Below, one piece after another: positions 46,701-55,631 of a stretch of DNA of 64,000 nt. A model generated the notes under the pieces. It was not told the DNA's origin. It worked only from the letters and a program-made list of their open reading frames with translations, and did not search any database. Made by a program: the position numbers and the translations under genes. Source of the stretch: Thermoplasmata archaeon UBA61 (lineage in GTDB: Archaea > Thermoplasmatota > Thermoplasmata > Lutacidiplasmatales > UBA184); contig DASW01000003.1 of NCBI GenBank assembly GCA_002503985.1, positions 221,394 to 285,393 on the forward strand. Direction: 5' to 3'. How positions within the stretch are numbered: the first letter of the stretch is position 1; every line of letters begins with the position of its first letter.

Positions 46701-47621
46701 TCAGAGGCTGAAGAGCAGGTCGAAGAGGAGGTTGCCGGCCAGGACCCCCGCAACGACCCCGGCCGCCATCACGACGATGAACGGGATCTGCGGCGTGACC
46801 CAGACCCGGGTGACCCCCTTCGATCGAAGGTCCTCGGCGATCTCCTTGCGTCGCCGGCGGTCGTCCTCCGAGGTCTCGATCGCCTTCTCCTCCTCCCTCG
46901 CCGCTCCGAACATCGGGTCGCGGACCCAGACGTACTTTCGGGGGAGGTCGTCGACCGGGATCGTGTAGCCAACGAACCCCGAGAGCCCGCGGAACTCCCT
47001 CGCGCGGACGTTGCGCACGGCGATGATGACGGGGACGACGACGCCGAGTAGCGCCGTGTTCATCAGGACGTTCACCGCGAACGGTAGGATCACCGTGACC
47101 GGGGCGATCGACCCGGGGGGCGCGATCAGCGGCGTAGGCAGCATCGGGACGAGTAGGCCGACGATCATGAGCGCCTTGGCGTCGGCCCCTCCGAAGAGGA
47201 TCCCCGCCTCGAACAGCCCCCTCGCAAACAGCACCGTCACGAGCACGGCGAGCACGGGGACCGGCACGGCGCTCGGGCCCACCCCCACTCGGGCGACCGC
47301 CACCGCCACGAGCGCCACGACGCCAACATAGGCTCCGAGCTCGAGGAAGTCGGCGTAGCGGTCACCCCAGTCCCCGAGCGCCACGTCCCAGGCGAACAGA
47401 TGCTGGAGCACGAAGAGGCCGATCACGGCCCAGAGAAAGGTGGGCAAGACCCCGCCCGGGACCACAGCGACGAACCCGACCAGGAACCCCACGACCCCGA
47501 GGATCTGCCACAGGCCGTCCGGGACCTCGCGGTCCCGAAAGTCCGACACCGCGGCATAGGCGAACCCGCCGAGCAGGAGGACGAGGTCGGCGTAGAGCGC
47601 GTAGGTCGCCATGTCCGTCAT
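46701..47621 (-). CDS. A24-family aspartic peptidase (prepilin/preflagellin peptidase-like)
   Basis: Polytopic membrane protein with the two Asp motifs ([12 protein letters not shown] and GGADAKAL). Start taken at [10 protein letters not shown]. Confidence 0.62.
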   Translation of the reverse strand: MTDMATYALYADLVLLLGGFAYAAVSDFRDREVPDGLWQILGVVGFLVGFVAVVPGGVLPTFLWAVIGLFVLQHLFAWDVALGDWGDRYADFLELGAYVGVVALVAVAVARVGVGPSAVPVPVLAVLVTVLFARGLFEAGILFGGADAKALMIVGLLVPMLPTPLIAPPGSIAPVTVILPFAVNVLMNTALLGVVVPVIIAVRNVRAREFRGLSGFVGYTIPVDDLPRKYVWVRDPMFGAAREEEKAIETSEDDRRRRKEIAEDLRSKGVTRVWVTPQIPFIVVMAAGVVAGVLAGNLLFDLLFSL

Positions 47622-47787
47622 TCCGGAGCGCCGCCCTCGGGTCGAAGACGAGGAGCCGGCGGATAAGGGCATTTCTCGCCCGGCAGGTGGCCCGTCGAGG
47701 GAAAGTCGGTCCCCGCTCTCCAACTCCTGGGGGGTGTAGGAACCTCGCCGGAGGCGCTCGACCGGGCGCCCGCCGCCGAGGTAATCT

Positions 47788-47795
47788 ATTTAAAC
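47788..47795 (+). promoter_or_regulatory. TATA box (TATTTAAA) upstream of rps6e
   Basis: About 39 nt before the ATG. Confidence 0.35.
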
Positions 47796-47833
47796 GACCC
47801 TCCACTCGCGCGCACTCGCTCCTTGGGCACACG

Positions 47834-48211
47834 ATGGTAGAGTACAAGCTCGTCATTTCCGAGCGCGAGAAGTCCGTCGCGCGCACGGTCGGCGACCCGC
47901 AAGCGGCCGGCTTCCTCGGGAAGAGGATCGGCGAGGCGGTCGGAGGGGAGCTCATCGGAGCCATGGGGTACACGTTCCGCATCACCGGAGGCACCGACAA
48001 GAGCGGGTTCCCGCTCCGCCCGGACCTGCCGGGAGGACGCCAAACTCGGCTCTATGTCGGCGATGGATTCGGCTTCCACGCGCCCCGAGCCGGGATGCGC
48101 CGGCGCCGAACGTTCCGCGGCAACACGATCAGCGAGGACACCGTCCAGATCAACCTGATCGTCGAGCAAAAGGGCCCGAAGCCTCTCGCGGAGCTGTTCG
48201 CCGCGGCATGA
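47834..48211 (+). CDS. rps6e: 30S ribosomal protein S6e (eS6)
   Basis: Starts MVEYKLVISERE. The stop overlaps the aIF2gamma ATG. Confidence 0.85.
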   Translation: MVEYKLVISEREKSVARTVGDPQAAGFLGKRIGEAVGGELIGAMGYTFRITGGTDKSGFPLRPDLPGGRQTRLYVGDGFGFHAPRAGMRRRRTFRGNTISEDTVQINLIVEQKGPKPLAELFAAA

Positions 48212-49443
48212 AGGTCCCTCGCCAGCCCGAAGTGAACATCGGCCTGGTCGGCCATGTCGACCATGGCAAGACCACGCTCACGCAGGCCTTCACCGGGGAG
48301 TGGACGGACCGGCACTCCGAGGAGCTGAAGCGCGGCATCTCGATCAAGCTCGGATACGCGGACGCGGCGTTCTACCAGTGCCCGAAATGTCCGGAGCCTT
48401 CCGGGTACTCGGTCCAGCCCGTCTGTGCCTCCTGCGGTGGGGAGGCGAAGTTCCTGCGGGCCGTGTCGTTCGTGGACGCGCCCGGCCACGAGACCCTGAT
48501 GGCCACGATGCTGTCGGGGGCCGCCATCATGGACGGGGCGTTGCTGCTCATCGCCGCGAACGAGCATTGTCCGCAGCCCCAGACCCGAGAGCACCTCTAC
48601 GCCCTCGACATCATCGGGGTCCACAAGGTCGTGGTCGTGCAGAACAAGATCGACCTCCTCTCGTCCGAGGAAGCCGAAGCGAACTACCGGGAGGTCGCCG
48701 AGTTCCTCAAGGGGGGCCCGATCGCCGGAGCCCCGATCATCCCCGTGAGCGCCAACCACCGGGTCAACATCGACGCGCTCATCGGAGCGATCGAGGCGAC
48801 GATCCCGACCCCGCCGCGGGACCCGAAGAAGCCTCCGCTCATGTATGTGGCCCGCTCGTTCGACATCAATCGTCCGGGGACGCGTCCCGCGGCACTGCAA
48901 GGAGGGGTCCTCGGCGGCTCGCTCCTGCAGGGCCGGCTCACGGTAGGCGAAGAGATCGAGATCCGCCCCGGTCCCACCGGCATCGGAGCCGAACACATGG
49001 AGTCGCTGACGACGAAGATCACCTCGATCGTCTCGGGGGGCCAGGAATGGCAGGAACTCCACCCGGGAGGCTTGGCCGCGATCGGCACCAGCCTCGACCC
49101 ATCGCTTGCGAAGGGCGATGGCCTCACCGGACGCCTGGTCGGGACCGCCGGGACGCTCCCGCCCGTCAGCCAGAAGATCCGCCTCCGCGCGACCCTCCTC
49201 GACCGGGTCGTCGGCGCCCAGCGGGAGATCAAGGTCGAGAAGATCCGCACGAGCGAGATGCTGGCCGTCACGGTCGGGACGACCATCGCAGCGGGCAAAG
49301 TAACGAGCGCCCGCGGGGACGATTTCGAGCTCGCGCTCAACCGCGCCGTGACCGTGTTCCCGGGAAGCCGGGTCGCGATCTCCCGAAAGCTCAATGCCTG
49401 GCGGCTGATCGGCTACGGGATCGTGGAAGGGGTGGCCAAGTGA
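48208..49443 (+). CDS. eif2g: translation initiation factor 2 subunit gamma (aIF2-gamma)
   Basis: G1 motif GHVDHGKTT, a zinc knuckle (CPKC...CASCG) and an EF-Tu-like fold. Confidence 0.93.
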   Translation: MKVPRQPEVNIGLVGHVDHGKTTLTQAFTGEWTDRHSEELKRGISIKLGYADAAFYQCPKCPEPSGYSVQPVCASCGGEAKFLRAVSFVDAPGHETLMATMLSGAAIMDGALLLIAANEHCPQPQTREHLYALDIIGVHKVVVVQNKIDLLSSEEAEANYREVAEFLKGGPIAGAPIIPVSANHRVNIDALIGAIEATIPTPPRDPKKPPLMYVARSFDINRPGTRPAALQGGVLGGSLLQGRLTVGEEIEIRPGPTGIGAEHMESLTTKITSIVSGGQEWQELHPGGLAAIGTSLDPSLAKGDGLTGRLVGTAGTLPPVSQKIRLRATLLDRVVGAQREIKVEKIRTSEMLAVTVGTTIAAGKVTSARGDDFELALNRAVTVFPGSRVAISRKLNAWRLIGYGIVEGVAK

Positions 49444-49622
49444 AGCCGGACCTGCTCGAGATCCTGCGCTGTCCGCTCTGTCGGGCAGAGCTCACCCTCA
49501 CCTCTCGGAAGACCGAGGGAGCCGAGATCGTCGAGGGATCCCTCTCCTGTAAGAAGTGTCACGTCGAGTATCCCATCTCGGACGGGATACCGGACCTGCT
49601 CCCGCCGGACGAGCGGGACTAG
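49440..49622 (+). CDS. Trm112-like small zinc-finger protein
   Basis: GTG start overlaps the aIF2gamma stop. LLEILRCPLC...CKKCHVEYPISDGIPDLL. Confidence 0.6.
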   Translation: MKPDLLEILRCPLCRAELTLTSRKTEGAEIVEGSLSCKKCHVEYPISDGIPDLLPPDERD

Positions 49623-49637
49623 CCCGAAGCGCTCCGC

Positions 49638-50066
49638 TCAAGCGATCGAGTAGTAGTAGGCGAAGATCCCGAAGAACATCGCGACCGCGATCACCATCGA
49701 GGGCCACAGCCAGCGGATCCCCCCGCGCGAGCGCGCCTGCACCGAGCTCCCCACCGTGACGACGGGGATCGCGAACGCGAGCCAGTAGCCCGACAGGATC
49801 GTTTCGTAGAGAGCGTAGGCGGTCCCGTTGCCCTTCGGGTCATGGGTCACGAGCGCCACGACCAGGATGAGCCCGAAGACGAGGAAGCCTAGGCTGACCC
49901 CCGCGGCGTCCAGGTAGCCCTCGAGCCCGCGCTTACGCTTCGGGTAGTAGTGACGGAGCAAGAGGAGCATCAGCACGAAGAGGCCCAAGGTAGTCGCGAG
50001 GAGGTAGAACGCCGGAGTGGCGAGGGTAAGGCCGTGGGTTCCCGGAGCGGGAGGGGGGAGCGCCAT
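49638..50066 (-). CDS. hypothetical membrane protein (4 TM)
   Basis: 142 aa with four hydrophobic helices. Confidence 0.4.
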   Translation of the reverse strand: MALPPPAPGTHGLTLATPAFYLLATTLGLFVLMLLLLRHYYPKRKRGLEGYLDAAGVSLGFLVFGLILVVALVTHDPKGNGTAYALYETILSGYWLAFAIPVVTVGSSVQARSRGGIRWLWPSMVIAVAMFFGIFAYYYSIA

Positions 50067-50079
50067 CCGAGCAGACCTC

Positions 50080-50709
50080 CTACGGGGTCACCAGCACCGC
50101 TCGGGCGGGGGCGCCGTCCCCGTCCCGCAGGCGGAGGGGAAGGCATTCGAGGCCGTACTCGCCGGGGGGAGCGGACGCGAGGAGGAGCCCTTCCAGGATG
50201 AGCGTCCCACCACCCAGGAGGGAACGATGGACCGGGTAGGCCTCCGAGGGGTCGTTCTCGACCGATAGGGCGTCAACGCCGACCAACCGAACCCTCCGTT
50301 CGACCAGCGCGTCGGCCGCCGCCGGCGTGAGGCCCACATAGTCGGAGAAGAAGGTGAGCGAGTTCGCCCACCGCGCCGAGTTGGCCGTGCGGAACAGGAC
50401 TCGGACGGTCCCCCTCGGGATCCTCGTGATGTCCTCGGCCCCGACCGAGGTCGCGCGGGCATCGACCTCCACGACCCGGCACGGCCCGTTCAGGGCCTCG
50501 AGGTCGATGCGGTCGACCGTGGTCCCCCCTGGGAGGAAGTGGACGGGAGGGTCCACGTGCGTGCCGGCATGGGTCCCCAACGATAGGCCCGAGAGCGCGT
50601 AGGGGTCCCCCCGGGAGATCGAGCGGATCGGCGCGGAGTCGAACAGAGGGTCGCCCGGGAATGACGGCATCCCCCGAAAGAGAGGCATCGAGATGTCGAT
50701 CCGTCGCAT
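50080..50709 (-). CDS. cyclase family protein (kynurenine formamidase-like)
   Basis: HAGTHVDPPVH motif. Confidence 0.72.
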   Translation of the reverse strand: MRRIDISMPLFRGMPSFPGDPLFDSAPIRSISRGDPYALSGLSLGTHAGTHVDPPVHFLPGGTTVDRIDLEALNGPCRVVEVDARATSVGAEDITRIPRGTVRVLFRTANSARWANSLTFFSDYVGLTPAAADALVERRVRLVGVDALSVENDPSEAYPVHRSLLGGGTLILEGLLLASAPPGEYGLECLPLRLRDGDGAPARAVLVTP

Positions 50710-50863
50710 GACCGCCGCCGACCGCCTCCGAGCGATGGAGGGTGCACCTCGACCCGCTTAAGCGTTCGCTCGGGAGAGCACCTCCTCGTGGGACTCTCGC
50801 CGCGAACCCCGGGGCTTCCGGTCGAAACGAAGGGTTAAGGAGTGCCCGGAAGAGACGGGACCG

Positions 50864-52225
50864 ATGCCCCATCCCGCATCCGTCCGGCGCGACGAGGACG
50901 ACGAGCCGGAGGAGGACGAGGAAGAGGAAATCGACGACGACGATGAGGGGGAAGAGCCCCCTCCCCGTCGGCGCGGGCGACCTCCTTCGCGACGGCGCCA
51001 CCCTCGCCAGCGCGCGCACCCGGTCCGCCGTTGGCGTGCGTCGGATGGCGACGAGGACGAGGAAGAGGAAGAAGAGGCGGAGGAGAGGCTTTCGACCCGT
51101 CGTGGCCTCACCCCACCGAAGAAGCCGCCGACCTATTGGCGCGCTCGGGATTCGCTGTTCTTCGAGCCTCTGGTCGCGCTCGCGATCATCGTGGTGCTCC
51201 TCGTTGCGCTCTTCGCCTACACTCAGAATTGGCCCCCGGTGTACGTCGTCGAGTCGGACAGCATGCAGCATGGGTATTCCGACCAGGTCGGTCTCATCAA
51301 CACCGGGGACCTGGTCCTCGCCCAGAAGGTCCCCCTATCGGAGATCACCCCCTACGTGACGGGGATTCAAACCGGATACTCGACGTACGGAGAACACGGC
51401 GACGTGATCCTCTACTGGCCCAACGGCCAGGGGTCGACGCCCATCATCCATCGGGCGATCCTGTACCTGACGTGGGACCCGTCGGGGCGGTCCTACAGCG
51501 CCCCGGACCTCGCCGGCCTTCCGTGCGGGAACGAGCCGAACGCGGTGTACTCGTACATCGCCGAGCCGGGAGCCCCTCCAGACTGCCGGTACACGAACCT
51601 CACCGGCACTCTCGACCTCTACCGGATCGGGTGGCAGTCGGTGAACATCTCCATCCCCATGAATCCGTCGACCCTCGGAGGTCAGTCGGGCTTCCTGACG
51701 ATGGGAGACAACAACGTCGCCCCAGACCAGTTGGCGGTGCCCGCCCTCAGCACGCTCGTTCAATCCGGCTGGATCGTGGGGGTCGCGCGGGGCATGGTCC
51801 CATGGTTCGGGGCCATCAAACTCCTCCTACAAGGACAGGCCGGTGATGTACCCCCGCAATCCTGGCAGTTCATGGGCCTCACGGTCGTCGGTATCATCCT
51901 GGTCGCGTTCGGGATCCACTACGCCTTCCGGACGGAAGGCATCGAAACGCCTCTCCGCAGAGAGGAAGAGGAGGCCGCTCGCGCGCAGGCCGAGGCGGAA
52001 GCCGAGTCCGAGCCGCCGGAAACCGGACCGCGTCGATGGCTCTCGAGGCTGCGCCGAAGGCATCCGGAGGACGAGGAGGAGACGGAAGCCGAGGAGCCGA
52101 CCCGGCAACGGACCCGGACGCGGCCCCCACCCTCCCACACGCCCGCCCACCGGGGTCGCCCGGCACCCCGTGTCCGCCGACCCCCGAAGCCGGCGAAGAA
52201 GCGCGATTCCCACGACGAACTGTAG
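50864..52225 (+). CDS. signal peptidase I (S26B, archaeal/eukaryal type) with polyacidic N-terminal and charged C-terminal extensions
   Basis: Boxes in order: SDSM (Ser), GDLVL, IIHRAI (His) and GDNN. A TM anchor precedes the catalytic domain and the first 90 aa are Asp/Glu/Arg-rich. Confidence 0.62.
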   Translation: MPHPASVRRDEDDEPEEDEEEEIDDDDEGEEPPPRRRGRPPSRRRHPRQRAHPVRRWRASDGDEDEEEEEEAEERLSTRRGLTPPKKPPTYWRARDSLFFEPLVALAIIVVLLVALFAYTQNWPPVYVVESDSMQHGYSDQVGLINTGDLVLAQKVPLSEITPYVTGIQTGYSTYGEHGDVILYWPNGQGSTPIIHRAILYLTWDPSGRSYSAPDLAGLPCGNEPNAVYSYIAEPGAPPDCRYTNLTGTLDLYRIGWQSVNISIPMNPSTLGGQSGFLTMGDNNVAPDQLAVPALSTLVQSGWIVGVARGMVPWFGAIKLLLQGQAGDVPPQSWQFMGLTVVGIILVAFGIHYAFRTEGIETPLRREEEEAARAQAEAEAESEPPETGPRRWLSRLRRRHPEDEEETEAEEPTRQRTRTRPPPSHTPAHRGRPAPRVRRPPKPAKKRDSHDEL

Positions 52226-52348
52226 ACCCGCCCCGCCATTTCACCCGCCCGAGCGGACGGCCGGAGGGTCCGGTCGGGGACCCCTCGGGTGAACCCGGTT
52301 CGTCGCGAATCTTATAGTCCTACTCCGAGTCCTAATCTCGGGAGCCGA

Positions 52349-53224
52349 ATGCACGTCATCGGGGGAACGGCATCGACCGCGCTCGCGGAGCGGATTTCTC
52401 GCGAGCTCGGTAACGCGCCGTTCGGGATTCCGTTCACGAAGCGATTTCCTGACGATGAGATGTACGTGCGCGTCGGCGGGCGGCTCGAGGGCGAGGATGT
52501 CGTCCTCGTCCAGTCGACCCGCACGGACAACGATTTCCTCGAGCTGATCCTCCTCGAGGACGCGGTCCGCGAGGCGGGGGCGCGACGCACCTTCGTGGTC
52601 GTTCCCTACTTCGGCTACGCACGGCAAGACCGGCGGTTCTTCCCGGGAGAGCCCGTGAGCGCGCGGGCCCTCTGTCGGCACGTCGAGCTCGACGCCGATG
52701 CCGTGGTGACCGTTGACCTGCACTCGTCGCAGACCCTCACGCAGTTCACGAAGCCGGCGTTCGAAGCGAGCGGGATCCCGGCGATCGCTCGCCTCCTGGC
52801 CGAGCGCTCCCTCGACCTGCTCGTCTCGCCGGACAAGGGGGGCGTGGACCGGGTGCGACGGATGGCTCAGCTGCTCGACAAGCCGTGGTTCGCCCTCGAG
52901 AAGCGGCGCATCGACAGCGAGCACGTCGAGCTGTCCCTTCCTTCCAGCGTTCCGATGTCGGTCGAAGGAAAGAACGTCGCCCTCATCGACGACGTCATCT
53001 CGACCGGCGGGACGATCGTCGAGGCGGCCAAGCTCCTCAAGAAGAAGGGCGCAGTCGGGATCAGCGCTGCGTGCACGCACGGGCTGTTCCTCAAGGACGC
53101 CTTCGAACGAATCAAGGCGGTCGTCGGGGACGTCTACTCGACCGACACGCTCGGGAACCCCGCGGAAAAGGCCTCGGTCGCCCCGGACATCGCGCAGATC
53201 CTCCAGCGCCTCGTAGTGGGGTAG
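52349..53224 (+). CDS. prs: ribose-phosphate pyrophosphokinase
   Basis: Starts MHVIGGTAS and has the PRPP-binding VALIDDVISTGGT loop. Confidence 0.88.
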   Translation: MHVIGGTASTALAERISRELGNAPFGIPFTKRFPDDEMYVRVGGRLEGEDVVLVQSTRTDNDFLELILLEDAVREAGARRTFVVVPYFGYARQDRRFFPGEPVSARALCRHVELDADAVVTVDLHSSQTLTQFTKPAFEASGIPAIARLLAERSLDLLVSPDKGGVDRVRRMAQLLDKPWFALEKRRIDSEHVELSLPSSVPMSVEGKNVALIDDVISTGGTIVEAAKLLKKKGAVGISAACTHGLFLKDAFERIKAVVGDVYSTDTLGNPAEKASVAPDIAQILQRLVVG

Positions 53225-53238
53225 TCCGAGGACGGGCC

Positions 53239-54204
53239 GTGAACGACCCCCTACGGGCGAGCGAAGCGCGCTCGGACGAGCTGCTCGAGGTCGTTCATGA
53301 GGTCCGAAAGGCCCTCCTCGCCCGGGACGAATCACCCGCGGGGGACTGGGTCGAGCGGACCGCCGAGGAACTTCGTTCGGGACGGACCCCCGGGTGGTAC
53401 TACCCGAGCGACCCCGGAGCCGGTGTCTCCTTCTATTCCCTCAGCGGAGAGGAAGCCTATGGACACGTCCACGTGGCCGAGGGGGCCGGAGCCGTCGACC
53501 GAGGGGAACGCCTCACCGCCGCGCTCTTGGAAGGCCTGCCGACCGTGGTTCGGTCGGTCAACATCGGGTTCACCGGTCTTTCGCCCGCGCACGAAGAGGA
53601 GCTTTTGGGGCGGCTCGCAGAGCGCCCCGGGGCGACCGTCCTCGAGCGCATGGCCATGGAGCGGTCCCTCAGCATCGAGGACGGACGACCCCCCGGCCCG
53701 GTGCCGGACCAACTCTCGCTCGTCCCGATCCGCGCGGTGACGGTCGACGCGCTCGCCGACCTCGACTTCCGCTCCGTCCGCGGGAGCCCGGACGCGCTGC
53801 TGATCGGCGACCGGGTCGAGGAGTACCGCCGCGTGACCGAGGCGCTGATCGGCGGCAGCCTGGGGCGGTTCCTGGACGAAGCGTCGACCGCCCTGTACCT
53901 ACCCGACCCTCCTCGGCTCGTGGGAGCCATCCTCTCGGCCGAACGTTCCCCGCGCAAGGGGATCTTTGTGAACTTCATGGTCGACCCTGAGTTCCGACGG
54001 CGGGGCTACGGGCACTACCTGTTCCGGTGGGGATTGAGGGCCCTCTGGGCCCTCGGCTACGAGCGCGTTCACCTCTGGGTGACGGCCGCCAACGAACCGG
54101 CGCGCCGACTATACCACGAGTTCCATCTCGAACCGACCGTGCGGTCCACGATCTACCGCGTCACGCGGGAGTCCGGTCCGCCGCAACCGCATTCCGACCG
54201 GTAG
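53239..54204 (+). CDS. GNAT acetyltransferase domain protein with unrecognised N-terminal domain
   Basis: C-terminal FVNFMVDPEFRRRGYG acetyl-CoA motif. A GTG start is assumed. Confidence 0.5.
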   Translation: MNDPLRASEARSDELLEVVHEVRKALLARDESPAGDWVERTAEELRSGRTPGWYYPSDPGAGVSFYSLSGEEAYGHVHVAEGAGAVDRGERLTAALLEGLPTVVRSVNIGFTGLSPAHEEELLGRLAERPGATVLERMAMERSLSIEDGRPPGPVPDQLSLVPIRAVTVDALADLDFRSVRGSPDALLIGDRVEEYRRVTEALIGGSLGRFLDEASTALYLPDPPRLVGAILSAERSPRKGIFVNFMVDPEFRRRGYGHYLFRWGLRALWALGYERVHLWVTAANEPARRLYHEFHLEPTVRSTIYRVTRESGPPQPHSDR

Positions 54205-55457
54205 GGACAGTCCGAGGTCATCCAATCCGGGCAGGCCAGCAGGCCCGCGGGGGCCCGGTCCCGGATCGCAACGGCGAGGTCTCGGCTACGCTCTCGATAG
54301 AACCGGGAGAACGGGGTGAGCGAAGCGAACCGTAGCTCGAGGACCTGGACCCGGTCTCGGTCGACCTCGGCCCGCTCGAAACCGACCACGACGACCCCGG
54401 ATTCCGTCCCCGTGGTGGCGCACCGAAGGCCGAGCTCGAGAGCGTACTGAGGGGCCCGCGCGACCAGCTCGTCCGCCCGGAACCGAGACCACGCGCGGGA
54501 AGTCTTGATCAACAGAGGACGGCCCCGGAACCCCACCACCTCCTCCTCAGGCTCGGGCCCCCGGGCCGGCAGCCGCGCCACCTCGCCCGCCGGACCGCTC
54601 TCGAGGGCCTCGGTCAGCCGGGAATAAAGGTCCGGCGTCCACGAGGGGGGCAGTACCTCTCGAGGCGGGGGGCTCGGTGGGGGCGGGGCCGGGACGGCGA
54701 CCGGGGCGGTCCGGTCGAAGTAGGCGCGCCGGGGGTAGAGGAGCTCCCGAAAACGACCGACGGGTTCCGTGCCCTCGCTGGAGCGGGGCTCGGAAAGCGC
54801 GACACGGACCCGGTCCCGTACGTCGTCCCTCGACGAGATGGTCTCGACTTCTTCGAAGATGGCGCGGGGGGACGGCTCCTCCCGGCCGGTGCACGCGCAC
54901 ACCGATGCCTCCTCGAACTCACAGCCCCGACCGAACCAGGGACATCTCGGAAGCCGGTCGACGCGGGCCTCGGTGAGGGCCGCACGGAGCAGGTCGGCCC
55001 TTCGTCGCATCTCGGAGAGGATCGGTGGGGTCGACCGGAACACGAGGTCCACGGCCTGCACTTCGGAGACCCCCTTCGGGCCGGCGACCAGCGTGAGCAG
55101 TCGGCCGGAAGGGCGGTCGACGAGCGCGCAGTACATCCCGAGCTGCTCGACGTGGTCGGGTCGATAGGTCGGGAGGTTCGTCGGGTCGACCAGCGAGGTG
55201 GCCGTCTTGACCTCGACCGGAAGCTCGGAGAGGATGTCGATCCGACCGACGAGACCGTCCCGACGGACTCGCGCCTCGAGGGTCCCCTCGCCGGAGAGGC
55301 GAGCGCCCAGGGTCCTGTGGAGGGCGCGGCCCTGGTCGAGCCGGGCCTGACGTTCGGGAGGGATGGGAACGGCGGGTCTGACGGCCCGATAGAAGGCCCG
55401 GCGGAGGTTGATGAGGTCGGTGACCCCGACGGACCTCTTCCCGCTCTGCCGTCCCAT
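54153..55457 (-). CDS. Cas4/RecB-family-like PD-(D/E)xK nuclease domain protein with additional Cys-rich C-terminal region (orphan)
   Basis: Motifs in order: SVTDLINLRRAFY, GRIDILSELPVEVKT (D...E-x-K), HVEQLGMY (Q-h-x-x-Y) and Cys cluster CPWFGRGCEFEEASVCAC. The C-terminal 190 aa carry a second cluster, CPDWMTSDCPYRSECGCG. Start taken at ATG 55457; the track ORF extends to 55643. Confidence 0.42.
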   Translation of the reverse strand: MGRQSGKRSVGVTDLINLRRAFYRAVRPAVPIPPERQARLDQGRALHRTLGARLSGEGTLEARVRRDGLVGRIDILSELPVEVKTATSLVDPTNLPTYRPDHVEQLGMYCALVDRPSGRLLTLVAGPKGVSEVQAVDLVFRSTPPILSEMRRRADLLRAALTEARVDRLPRCPWFGRGCEFEEASVCACTGREEPSPRAIFEEVETISSRDDVRDRVRVALSEPRSSEGTEPVGRFRELLYPRRAYFDRTAPVAVPAPPPPSPPPREVLPPSWTPDLYSRLTEALESGPAGEVARLPARGPEPEEEVVGFRGRPLLIKTSRAWSRFRADELVARAPQYALELGLRCATTGTESGVVVVGFERAEVDRDRVQVLELRFASLTPFSRFYRERSRDLAVAIRDRAPAGLLACPDWMTSDCPYRSECGCGGPDSRVTR

Positions 55458-55631
55458 GCGGGTGGTGAGCTCGCCCCCCAGCGCTGCGTCCTCCCGTACG
55501 GAGACGACCGCCTGCCAGGGGTTCGGGGATGCGGATTCGTCCACGGGCACGGTACCCCGAGGCCGGAGGGGTATACGACCGTCCCGCTCGCATGGGGAAG
55601 CCGCTATACCACGCGCCCGGCTCGCTGCGAT

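Noticed and set aside
50870-51100. GAC/GAG-rich repetitive DNA that might look like a tandem or CRISPR-like repeat
   Set aside because: It is in-frame coding for the poly-Asp/Glu N-terminus of the signal peptidase, with no regular repeat-spacer periodicity. No CRISPR array was found anywhere in the window.
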